NCBI GenBank assembly: GCA_050084515.1
Contig: CM114271.1
Span: 1,178,001-1,242,000, forward strand
Origin: Blasia pusilla
Lineage: Eukaryota
DNA length: 64,000 nucleotides
Reading direction: 5' to 3'
Shown: one piece after another, positions 1-11,900 of the stretch
Layout of the letters: each line of letters opens with the position of its first letter
Position numbering within the stretch: position 1 is the first letter of the stretch
Notes under the pieces: generated by a model
Database searches by the model: none
What the model was told of the DNA's origin: nothing
The model's input: the letters and a program-made list of their open reading frames with translations, nothing else
Position numbers and translations under genes: made by a program

Positions 1-5
1 CGGAG

Positions 6-140
6 TATGTCCCCTCGCCGATCGTTGAAAATAGGAATTATGCTTCAAGTCCTGGCTATGTTCCATCGCCGATTTTTGAAAATATGGATAAGGCTTTAAG
101 TCCTAGCTATGTACCATTTCCTATTTTAAAATGGGATTAA
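6..140 (+). repeat. 51-bp (17-codon) tandem repeat, about 2.6 copies
   Basis: Units start at 6, 57 and 108. They translate as YVPSPIVENRNYASSPG / YVPSPIFENMDKALSPS / YVPFPIL. Confidence 0.75.
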
Positions 141-640
141 TGGTCCTAATGTTAGCATAAGCCCTTTGAGAAATGGTCAGAGTTGTAGTTATGATGAGAG
201 TGCATCTAGGATTTTAACCACACCTGGGGTGAATCATCATTCTATTTCACAAGAAGTAGTTGGAGGGCAGGAGGGAGAAGGAGATACAGATTCCACACAT
301 GATTGCATCCCTTCATCAGACCCTATAGCATCTAGCCATTCTTTTGTACGTGATTGTTACGGGTCGGGGTCATGGGAAATTAGTGATTGTCATTCAATTT
401 TCTATGAGGACTCAAGTGAGATGAGTACGGCGGAGTCTCATTGCCCGTTAGAATGATTTTCCTATTTCAGATTTTTATAAAAACTTCAGTTATGTGTAAA
501 TTTATTTTTTAATATAGATTATAATATTCACAGACCAAATCTTGAGTATAAGTTTTTTGTACAAATTTTCTCCTTTTTTCTATTATTTTTTTATATATTG
601 ACAATATATATTTTGGTTGGATGGTTGATATTATCACAAG

Positions 641-3600
641 ATGCATGAATCTCAAGAGGATCCATCGAGGCGAAATGAAAAAAGATTATTCGCAGACATC
701 ACCAATGTAGTCTCTTTATCTAATGTGGAACATGATCACCACATTTCATGTAGTGCTCCATCTTCTATACGGATTTCGGAGGAAACAGAGAAGATTGCAT
801 ATAAAAAGGTTAGAAGGGTTGCTTCTCAAAGAAACAGAAGGGCGCTTCATGATATGCGATTTGTTACTCCTTCAACGATTTTGTCATCTCCAATGTAAGG
901 ATACTTAGCATTATGATTATAGAATGATATCATAACCTTATGTGCACACTCTAGATTTTTTTGTGACTTTAATATCTTTCATGTTTGTGATGTAGACTTC
1001 CAAATCCATCGAACCCGAAACGATTACGTGATATACATCAAATTGTGAGAGCCCAAGGACAAAAGCGAAGACATGCTAAATTAGTTGAATTGAGATCTAT
1101 TGAAGCTGTTGTGAATATTCCATTGATGGAAGAATTACAACCACCCATCATAGATGGCCCACTAGACGCAAATACTATAAGGTATTTATTTATGTATAAC
1201 ATTTCTACTTTTTATTATAATAATATTTATAAATTTTTTTCGTATTATGACTTTTTTTATTCTTTGTTCAGGTTGGTAGCAACACCTTCCAATCAAAATC
1301 TTCATGCTTTAATAGACTCTACATCGTCTCCAATGTACGTTTCATCCACTCATTAATTTCTTTCTTTTTATTGGTTTTTTTAATTTAATTATTTTGACTT
1401 ACTTTTTTTTAATATTGTTTTTCTCAGTCTTCCACTTCCGTCCAACCCTCGGGGATTACATGCTATGCTTCAAGTTGCACGAGCACAAGGCCAGAGAAGA
1501 AGGCACCATAATTTGGCCCAAGCGAATGTTCATCAATTGTCTGTGAATCTTCTTCCTAGAGAGGAAGTTGAGGCTATGACTACTAATGACTTTCATACTC
1601 AAGCTAATACAAGGTATGCTTTACATATTTTTATTATTGATGCTTCTTACTTGGTCTTAAATTTTTATGAATGATTTCTAATAACAATTTTTTTGCAGGC
1701 CAATTATGGTACATCATGAAGTTGAAGCTATTCCAAACTCTGGGATTGTGGTCTTTCCATCTCCAATGTATATTTCTAAACTATATATTCAAATTTAATA
1801 GAGTTATGTTTGTATGTATATTTATTCTTATTATAATCATATATATTAATTTCTTAACCTCTGCTTGCAGTCTTCCAATTCCTACCAATCCTCTACGATT
1901 ATCTCACATGCTTCAAGTTGCTCGAGCTGAGGGCCAAAGAAGAAGACATGCTCATTTGGATGAAGTACATGAGGTTGCACATGTTGGCGATTCGTTGATA
2001 ACGAATGATGCCAATGGTCCTAATCGTGAAGGCGACATGGAAGTGAATGAAGACAATGTATCTGCCTCTATTCCAAATGTGGGATCACATTTGGATGAAG
2101 TACATGAGATTGCACATGTTTGTGATCCGTTGTTTAGGAGCGATGCCAATGCAGCCAATCGTGAAGGCGACATGGAAGAAAATGAAGACAATGCACATGC
2201 CTCGATTCCAAATGTGGGATCTAGAAGGGTTGTGAACTTGAAAAAGTTGCTCAATATTGCACGTATTCCTAACTTTGAAGAGAAGCACATTCGAATTCTT
2301 AGGTTGGGAGATCGTATTGATAGTATGACTGGCCGTTTTAGTGTTGGACTTATGAATGCTGTTTGTCCGACTTGCAATGCTCTACATTGGAAGTGTGAGA
2401 GAGTGAAGTATACTAGGTTTATAAGCTCGCCTTTTAGTATGTGTTGTGGGCATGGTAAGATTCAATTACCATATTTGTGACTTCACCTTCTATACTAGCA
2501 TTACTTTCGGTATGAGTGCAAATAGTCTTCATTTTTTTGCGTAATGCACGTGCCTATAATAGTGCTCTTCAATTGGCATCTCTTGGGGCACATGTGTGAG
2601 CAACGAGGCGGTACAGAAACTTCAGGATTCAAGGTGGTGTATATCATTCTATTGGACCTCTACATGCTTGAAAGTGGTGCTCCTCCACAATTTGCGCAAA
2701 TTTAGATTCATGATGATGAGCATCAGATGGAACATAGAAGAAGGATTATGATTGGAGATTATCAGGATCAATTGAGGCCAGAGATCTTAAGGGGATTACA
2801 AGATATGTTACATGCCCATAATCCATATGTGGCTTTATTTGAAATGTGGCTATTGATCCATGTAATTTGACTTTCATATTGTTCTTAAGGGTAGTGTTTA
2901 GGTCGGATGCAAAATGATACACCTTGCCTGTTGTTTGAGAGATTGAGCTATCTTGCCTCGGAGATGGGAGTGAGCCAAGAGAAGGACGTGATATTATTGT
3001 TCGCTTACATGGAGGAGGGATTCGTGCGTCTGCATCGGACTTGAATGAAGCATATATCCCATTGCACTTTGTTTTGCCTTTTGTTTATGGTGAAGCAGGT
3101 TGGCATCTGGGATACCTTTGCAAGGGCAACATGATCATAGAGATGATCCTCGGTTAAGAGGGTATGCTATGATGGATGAAGATAGAGATGATATTGTACA
3201 AGGAGAAATTCAAGGTGAGGTTACCACTCATGAGGCGAGTTCAAAGACGACATCGCTTTACAATTTGCTTCATCGGACTTCAAATGCGAGCTAACGTAAT
3301 GGATAATAATCGGTTGTTGAGGTTTGGCCGTCTTACTCAAGAATATATGGTGGATATGTATGCGACTATCGAAATGCAACGGCTAACTTGGATACGATTG
3401 CATCAAAAAAAGTTGAGAGCTGATTTATACCAAAGTCGAGATGCCATGACTCGGCATGATGTGAACGGTCAAGGCATAGGGAGACGTATTATCTTACCTT
3501 CGTCTTTCATAGGAGGACCTCGTCACATGCATCAATTGTACCATGATGCTATGGCCATTGTGAGACATTTTTGGAAGCCTGACTACTTTTTGACAATGAC

Positions 3601-6600
3601 TTGCAATCCTAAATGGCCAGAGATTACCTCTGCTTTGCTGCATGGTCAATCAACGTCCGATCGGCCTGACCTGGTTGTACGTGTTTTCCAAAGAAGAAGG
3701 AGTTGTTGAGACTTATATTGGATAAGCATATTTTGGGTCGAGTGGTAGGATGCATTCATGTGGTCGAGTTCCAAAAGAGAGGGCTACCACATGTGCATAT
3801 CCTAATTATTCTTGCTTCGAGGATAAGCCAAGGACAACCTCGATTATGACGATATTATATCTGCTGAGATTCGAATCCCATGACTCATCCTAGGCTACAT
3901 TCTCTGTAAGAAATTGTATGATTCATGGTCCGTGTGGAGTAGCACATCCAACTGCACCTTGCACGGATAAAACGACAAAAAAATGTTCCAAAGGATACCC
4001 AATGCCGTTTGCAACAATGACAATGGAGAATGAGGATGGATATCCTATTTATAAGAGGTAATTCATTGGTTTTGTTTATTTCGTCATTTAATGTTCTTCT
4101 ATTAGTGTGCTATCTTTTTTCCCAACTATTAACATACTTCTATATGTGTTTATGCAGGCGTGATAATGGCAGATTGATAAATAAGTCAAATCATGACTTT
4201 GATAATCGTTGGGTGGTTCCATACAATCCAATGTTATGTACTTTATTTGATTGTCATATCAATTTGGAGATAACAAATAGCATCTTGGCAGTAAAGTACT
4301 TTTATAAGTATGTGTACAAAGGATCTGATGCCATATCATATACCTTGGCAAATACTACATCAGAAAAGGATACTATTGATGAGACATCATTATATCTTGA
4401 TGCAAGGTATTTTGATTCCTTCTATTTTCCAAGGTCTCCCAATTTTTCCTAGGATATTAAATGGGAGTCTAACAATATTTATATTGTATGGTATGAAGGT
4501 ACGTTTCTTCTTCAGAAGCATGTTGGCGAATCTTCAAGTTTAGTCTACATGCAGAGCAACCAAGTATTGTGAGATTGATTGTTCATCTTCCAGACAGTCA
4601 AATGGTATATTTTCATGGGCAAGATTCATTGGGTAATATTCTAGAGCGAAGTAAGGAAACCACTCTTACTCAATGGTTTGCAACAAATGTTTCTGATTCG
4701 ACTGCGCGACAATATCTTTATTTGGAGTTCCCTTCTCATTACTCTTGGAATAAGAAGCAACGGCATCTGCGTAAACGTGCGCGAAAAGGATGTGGACATC
4801 CTATTGGACGTTTGTATATGACAAATCCATGTAAACTTTCGATACTTGTTAAGATACAATTATGTAGGAAAAAATTGAGTTAATGTTAAAATCATATTCA
4901 TTCTTCCTCCCTAATACTTTTTTTTCGCTAATCCTAGCTGAAGGGGAGCGTCATTGGTTACGATTACTTCTCCATCATGTGAGAGGAGCTCAATCATATC
5001 AAGATTTGAGAACCATCGATGGTGTAGTTTATCCTACCTTCAAAGAGACTGCTATTCAGATGGGACTTTTGGAGGACGATAGAGAGATCTTTTTTTGCTA
5101 TGAAGAGGCGGTTGTCATTCGTACTGGCTATTCATTACGTTTACTCTTTGCCATTTGTCTTCTATATAATACACCTTCCCTTCCGGCTATGGTTTGGGAA
5201 CATTTTTTGGTTCCATTGACGGAAGATCTTCTACATCAAAGGCGTGAGGTAATATGCATGGCTTTTGTTGAGTCAAATATTTTCTTATTTCTCTTATGAA
5301 TATTTTAGGTACTTTATTTACGTTTTAACTTCTATATTTGTTGCTTATAATAGAGAATTGGTATTGCGACCCTTCCATTGGATGTTCATATTATTAATCT
5401 TGCGTTATTGGAGGTCCATTACCATCTTCAAGATCATGGTAAAAGTATGGCGGACTTCCCTGACATGCCTCAACCAAATATCCAAACTCGTGATTTATCT
5501 ATTTCACGTCTAGAAGAAGAAGAGCTCTCCTACGATCATGATATTCTTTGTGAACGTGTGAGAGCAGGAGAGATATCTTTAAATGATGGACAACGCGCGA
5601 TTTGGGAAGTTGTTTGTAATGCTTTTCGCGATATCTTACAAGATGCGCCACCTTCTGTAAGTGGATATTATATATCGTATATTTTATTATTAATTTCTTA
5701 CACTTTTTATTTATTTATGTTTTCTGTTAAAGTGCTTTTTTGTGACGAAAAATATGGATTTTTCAGGCAAAACTTTTCTTTATCGATGGTCTTGGCGGAA
5801 CAGGAAAAACATTTTTGTACAACCTTCTTCTTGCAATGGTACGGAGCGAGGGTCATATAGCTCTTGCAGTTGCATCTTCGGGGATTGCCGCTTTATTATT
5901 GGATGGAGGTAAATCGCTCATTCTCGATTCAAGATTCCTATCCAAGTACATGAAAGTTCCACTTGCAAGTAAGTCTAGATTTAAGATTTATTTTCCTTGT
6001 ATGGCATGCATATTATTGTTTTATTTTTTGATTATCCTTCATAAATGTTCCTCAGATATTGTTTGTTATCGATTTTCCAGCCTATCGGTCAATAGTCATA
6101 TGGCCCGCCTTATACAAAAGACGAAGTTGATCGTGTGGGATGAAGCTCCTATGACGCATCGTCACGCATTTGAGGCTGTTAATCGTACTTTCCAAGATAT
6201 CATGGGTTTGATGGATCCTCGATTACGAGATTTGCCTTTTGGGAGGAAAATCATTTTATTTGGTGGTGACTTTCGACAACTTCTTCCAGTTGTTCGTCGT
6301 GGAGATCGTGCCACAGTTGTGCGTGTAACACTTAGGAGATCTCCTATTTGGTTTGACGTGAGATTATTGAAACTTACTACCAACATGAGAGTCAATATTG
6401 TACAAGGTATTAAAGAATAAACTTAATATTTCACCTTTTTCATTTCATGTGGTTTTTGTTTATTTTTAATATTTACTAATTTCTTCATTTTATATTTATT
6501 ATCAAGATATGCACCAGAAGAGCAAGAAACCTTTGCAAAGTGGTTATTAGAGGTAGGAGAGGGTCGGTACCGTTACATTTGGATCTTGAGAGGATTTTAT

Positions 6601-7442
6601 ACAAGTTCGGATCGATAATTGTTAAAACCACAAGGATCAATGATTTCATTGACATTGTTTATGGACATGATGTTCATAAGTGGAGTGATATTGATTTCTT
6701 GAGGGGTACATCCATTTTGTCAACGAAGAATACTAATGTGGATATTATAAACGGAGAAATCATGTCTCGATTTCCAGGAGAGGTAATATTCATATTCTTG
6801 AATATCATTATTCTATTTTGATTGTTCTATTGCTACATTTTTCTATGATCTCTCTTATTTTAATGATTTATTTTGTTTTTGCAAGAGCATACCTTCTTGA
6901 GTGCTGATTTTGTTTCCGACGATGAGATGAGACTTGTTTATCCAACAGAATTTTTGAATACATGTTTACCATCTGGATTGCCACCTCATTGTTTGACTTT
7001 GAAGATTGGAGCTCCGATAATGCTATTACGGAATATGAATGGAGCAAAGGGACAAGCAAACGGGACTCGGCTGATGATAGCTGGCTTTAGTCGACATCTT
7101 ATAGATGCAACAATTATCACGGGAAAAAACATTGGAGCTCGAGTTTTCATTCCACGCATTCCATTGATTGCTTCTGATTCCGGCCTACCTTTTGATTTAC
7201 GACGATTTCAATTTCTTATTCGTCCTGCTTTTGCAATGACTATTAATAAGTCTCAAGGTCAAGCATTAGATAGAGTTGGTATTTACTTGCCCAATCTAGT
7301 ATTTTCTCATGGGCAATTGTATGTTGCCTTGTCAAGAGTAGGCTCAAGGAATTCTATTCATATTATGACAGATAATGAAAATGCTACTAACAAAATAGGT
7401 ATTTACACTAAAAATGTTGTATATAATGAAGTATTGAATTAA
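641..7442 (+). pseudogene. Helitron RepHel (HUH Rep + PIF1-like helicase), intron-containing, with frameshifts and stops
   Basis: ORF pieces 1671-2480 (CxxC..HW..E..CC zinc motif), 3176-3709, 4030-4452, 4569-5299, 5378-6420 and 6873-7442 are separated by AT-rich GT-AG introns. Several frameshifts lie in ~2480-4030. The start is uncertain and coding may begin left of position 1. Confidence 0.85.
1953..2222 (+). repeat. 135-bp (45-aa) in-frame tandem duplication in the Helitron N-terminal region
   Basis: HLDEVHEVAHVGDSLITNDANGPNREGDMEVNEDNVSASIPNVGS is followed by a close copy starting at 2088. Confidence 0.9.
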
Positions 7443-7547
7443 ATTAAAATAACATTATATGTGTGAAATGTAATTTTGACCCATATTTTCTAAATTTTGT
7501 AATGCTTCACTTATCAATATGATTAATTTTATATATGCTAAATTTGG

Positions 7548-7578
7548 ATGCCGATGCATCGGACGGCATTCTTACTAG
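7548..7578 (+). terminator. Helitron 3' terminal hairpin and CTAG terminus
   Basis: Stem ATGCCG (7548-7553) / CGGCAT (7564-7569), with an internal palindrome CCGATGCATCGG. CTAG at 7575-7578 is followed by T, matching the Helitron A|T target. Confidence 0.9.
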
Positions 7579-8025
7579 TATTATTAGAATTCTCCCAAAC
7601 AAAATTGTTTTCGTTACGAGGCACCATATTAGGCACCCATTTAACACGATAGGTTCTACACATGGAATCTATATTATAACTTGCGGAGTGTCTTGACATG
7701 ACAGCACATGCATAACATGATGCATGTAAGGAAGGATGCATATACGATGGGGTTGGGAAAAGAAGGGGGCTTATATGAGGAACATATATATTTTGCGCAT
7801 ATACGGAAGGGTGAATACATTTCGGGTTTGGGGAGACAAAGGGCCGTTCATTGCAAGGTCGTCGGGGCATTAACTAATGCCCCATCTTTCAAGAGGACAA
7901 AATACCACAAGGACGTAGTTTGGGATTATTGTGAAATATTAGTGAGATTATTATATATTATCTCATTAATTATTTCACAAAAATAGTGTATTAAATGGTA
8001 AGTGTGGCATAGATGGAAGAGTAGA

Positions 8026-8037
8026 TTTGGCGGCAAA
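8026..8037. promoter_or_regulatory. Overlapping double E2F-like site upstream of the MORC gene
   Basis: TTTGGCGG on + (8026-8033) and TTTGCCGC on - (8030-8037) both fit TTTSSCGS. Motif match only. Confidence 0.35.
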
Positions 8038-8598
8038 GACGAAATCGGTTTGATTTGCCCGTCACTTTCTTGACGAAAAATTGCTTCGCGCTTTAGGCGG
8101 GACAACACCTCCTCCAACGCCGCTCCCTCTAAAACTAGCAAAGCTCCGCCAATTCGGATACTTCTGACTTTTCTGCTAATTCCAGTCGCCAGCCCGTTCC
8201 GCCACTGTGACTGACTGACCCGACCCACCCCTGCCGCAACGCGCTTGCCGCACACCTCTGATCGCCCTCGGTCGGGTTTCATTCTCGTCCGGGTTACCCA
8301 AGCTGCATTCGTAACCCATGGTCGCGCAGGGCTGCTCCGGTTACTTTCCGTCCACCCAACCAGTGTTCAGTGGCCGTGTCCCGCTTCTTCAGTCGGACGA
8401 CGCCCGACGGGGCCATGGGTTCCCTTCCGCGGCAGGCCTCTCCGCCGAAGTCGAGTCCCGTCGCACTCCCGGCGAGGGTTCGGGGAGTTTCTCCCTGGAA
8501 ACCAGTGCGTTCGTTACCGGCCGTTCACCGCCGGGAGCTGGTACACCGGTGATCCTGTCTGTATGTGATCCGGCTCCCAGTCGGGGAAAAACTAACGG

Positions 8599-8633
8599 AA
8601 ACGGGAAACGGGAAACGGGAAACGGGAAACGGG
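8599..8633 (+). repeat. (AAACGGG)5 heptamer repeat in the GC-rich MORC promoter region
   Basis: Five perfect copies about 290 bp upstream of the putative ATG. Confidence 0.9.
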
Positions 8634-8917
8634 AATTTATGAATTAAGCCGGCCAGATGTAGTGGTAAACGCGGTCCCCAGCAAGTCCCGGCCTCGCCAG
8701 CTTAGTTAGGGTAACTGCTCTTTCCCTCGTCCGCGATAAAATCCCGATCCCCGTGCTCCGGCGTCTGCCCGGATAGCACGGGCTCGCGAGGGCGAGATGA
8801 GCGGAGAGCAGCTCTGCAGCATCTCGGCGACCTGTCACTGCGCGAAGCATACGTAAAAATAGCGAGAGAGGGGAAGGGGAGACGGAGAGAGAGTTCAGGA
8901 AGAGGATCGGGGAGGCG

Positions 8918-11900
8918 ATGGTAATGGAGGGAGAGGTGCAGGGAGAAATATTTGTAGGTGTGGTTTTACTGCTGAGAAGCTGACGGGCGGAGGAGGATGG
9001 GAGGGGCGATGGACACTGGGCGGGCGAGACCGGGAGTGTGGAGTGCTAGACAGCATGGTGATCTGCCGTGAGTTGCAAGTTTTTCCTTCTCAGGAATGGA
9101 TTTGGGTGATTGGGGGACTCGGTAGTTTGAAAGGGACAATTGGTTGCGGTGATGGGTGTGCCGGAGTAGTAGCAGCATTCAGCTGTAGGATTTATTTCTG
9201 GAGGTGTGGGGTTAAATTTCGAGGAGAATTTACATCCTAGTTAGTCGGGTAATCTCTACAGTTCAGAATTGGTCGCAGGGTTTGTGGTTCGTGGTTAATT
9301 GTGGCATCTGCGTGCTCAGAGCTGGGCTTCTGTCTATTGCTTGTGCGTGTTTTTTGATGGTCGTTGTGTTTTGTTTATCGAATGTGTGGTCTGTACAGCA
9401 TAGCCCTCGCTCGTTGGTTTTACAATGCATTGTGGGTAATCCCCACCGACAGTGCAGCAGTTTAGTCGTTTCTCACCCGAATATCTGGGACGGGATTGGT
9501 TTCAGCTAGAAGGTGGAATTTGAGATCGTCGATCCAAGCGCATGTGGCTTTCAGTGAGCCTTCATTCCACGCCCGGGGTGAGTTCTGGACTGTGGGAAAG
9601 ATAACGGACACTATTTATTTGAACTATGATGCGGGGAAGGGATTTTATTCCTCATTGTGAGGATGAATCGAGTTCCATTCGGTAAAGCTCTAACGATAAA
9701 AATGCTGCCTTGGATCTTCTTGCATCCCTGGAAGGAGTGGAGAAAGGTTCGGGCACTAGGTGTGCCAGCAAGCTTGAGCACGATGCGTGCAGCTTCTGGG
9801 GGATTGGTTCTTCTTCTCTTCCAATTAGGAGACCTGCGAGAACGGGTAGACAGCGGTTCCGAGTAAGGGCGGCAAACCGAAGGTATCCTACTTCAAATTC
9901 GAATGCATGGAATAACTTAAGGAATGAGTACAGCGTTGTCATTTGTTTCAATCAGAGGACGTCTTCCTCGTCCCGTTCGATCGTTAGCTTGTCATATTCG
10001 TTTGTCTACAGTTGCAGGTGCGTCGATGGTTATTTGCATTATTTTTTACGTGACCTCGGAAGCTGTAGGCCGAGAGCTTTGTGCCCTGCACTTCTGATGA
10101 CGCGAGAAGGCATGTATGAACTTGGGCTGCATATTACGAATTATAGAGCTGTTCAGAAATGTTTGTGGCACACTAGAACTCCATGGTGGTTGTGCTGATC
10201 GTTGACGGATTCTTCTGTATTGTATCATAGTGTGTGCTTTGGCCGATTGTTTCCCAGCGTGATTGTTGAGCTGGTCGATGGATCGGTTGAGCTTTCTATG
10301 CACTTGTCCACTTAAAGGCTTCCATTCTCGTTTCCAGAAGAGATTCGGTTTCATGGTGTAGTGGAGCAGTCCATCAGTGCACAAAGGATTTTATCGAGCC
10401 GAGTTTGGTGACTTTTGATGATTTAGGATGAACTTCTAGCAAGGTGGAATGGGGGGTAAGCTGATAGCGTGTAAGTTTATCCACATCCCGATGTGTAGCC
10501 TGTGAAGTCCATGCCACTTGGACAAGTAGGGTACGCAGCTAGAGGCCTTTATTCCGTGGTATCATACTTAGGAGAGGGTATGTCTGGATTACCCCCTCTC
10601 TGAAGATTGAAGGATGGAGATTTATGTGCAGAGCTCTAGGTTGATGGCTGTTCTACCAAGTGATGTTGTAACCTACCAAATATTCTTAAATCGTTTATGA
10701 TTGAGGGGAGAACTGCAAAATCCCTTCGCGTCAATCATGATGTGGAACTGAAGGTGCCTCTTTCTAAAACCTTGAGAGGACTGTCACAAGTGTAGGATTA
10801 GTTGTTGACTAGGCACGCTAGTGGTGGAATTTGATGCTGACAGGTTTGTGACTTATGTGGAGATTGAAGTAAGGTTGGTTGTTCTTGAAACCTCAAGACC
10901 TGAAACAAATTGTACATGAAACTACAAGTGCGATGATCATGGAAAGCAGAAGATGCTTGGATGTGAGCCCAAGCTATGAGATTATGAGACTTAGAGAGCC
11001 TTGTGTATGAGAAAATGATTGACCAGCAGAAGTATCCCCTTGTACAAAGTCAGAGCTAGCATCAGCTAGACCATCCATGATTTCAGCTTGTACACAATCA
11101 GCAAATCAGTTCCTATCTCTATTGCCAAATCAGAGCCCTACCATGATGTGACTCTTCTTACTATCTAAGAGATACTAAGAAGGATTCTACTCAGCCACAC
11201 CTTGCACTCACACTACAGGTCCTCACATGTCACTAGCTCAGAGATCAGACATGACTCACCATTGAGCACAAACAATCTCCATCAGCATTCTAGACAAATC
11301 AACCTGCCTTCCAGTGAGGCTCTAGTTTAGTCTCAATCTCCTCTTCCTACTCTCTGATCACTCTGTGCAGGACCAAGAGCCTCAGGAGTCCTCACCAAAA
11401 CTGTGCATGCTGTAGAATTGGCTTGACATTATATACATGAGGGTGAGCACTTCTGGCCCTTGGATCTTCTTGAACAGATCCATACCCTAAATTGAGAATT
11501 GCCTAATTCAAGGTTACCTAAAAGATAGAGGAACATAAGTTATCTCTAGCTAACTAAATTAGTATCCAACTAAGTTGTATTTGACTAACTACTTTTAGGC
11601 ATGACTAAACTAGATATTAACAAATTTCAACACTCCCTCTTAATGAGAGTTTAGAGTAATGCCCATCATAGATATACACTTTCTATGTTTGTCCTGTGAC
11701 AGAGGTTTTCTTCACTCTCTTTACAGTGTCTAAGCTCCCTCCTAGCATCAGAAGATCATCAACATACAATGCTATGTACATAGTGGAGTCTAAGGAGTCT
11801 TGATCTGCATTGCTGCGTTGGAATCCTTTCCTGATCAGGTAAGCATCCATCTTCTCATACCAGCATCTAGGTGCTTGCTTTAGGCCATAAAGGGCTTTCT

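Larger units (their letters stand above)
1..7578 (+). mobile_element. Helitron rolling-circle transposon, 3' part (5' end lies outside the window)
   Basis: Rep motifs YFLTMTCNPKW (~3585), VVEFQKRGLPHVH (~3760-3800) and KYFYKYVYKG (~4295). PIF1-type helicase motifs GGTGKT, WDEAPM, GGDFRQLLPV, NGTRL, AMTINKSQGQ and FSHGQLYVALSRV. Ends in a GC-rich hairpin plus CTAG followed by T. Confidence 0.95.

Noticed and set aside
8245-8850. Several overlapping ORFs of 60-110 aa in the GC-rich island
   Set aside because: No recognisable motifs. Stop-poor GC-rich promoter DNA explains them, and the GKRET repeat is just the heptamer array.
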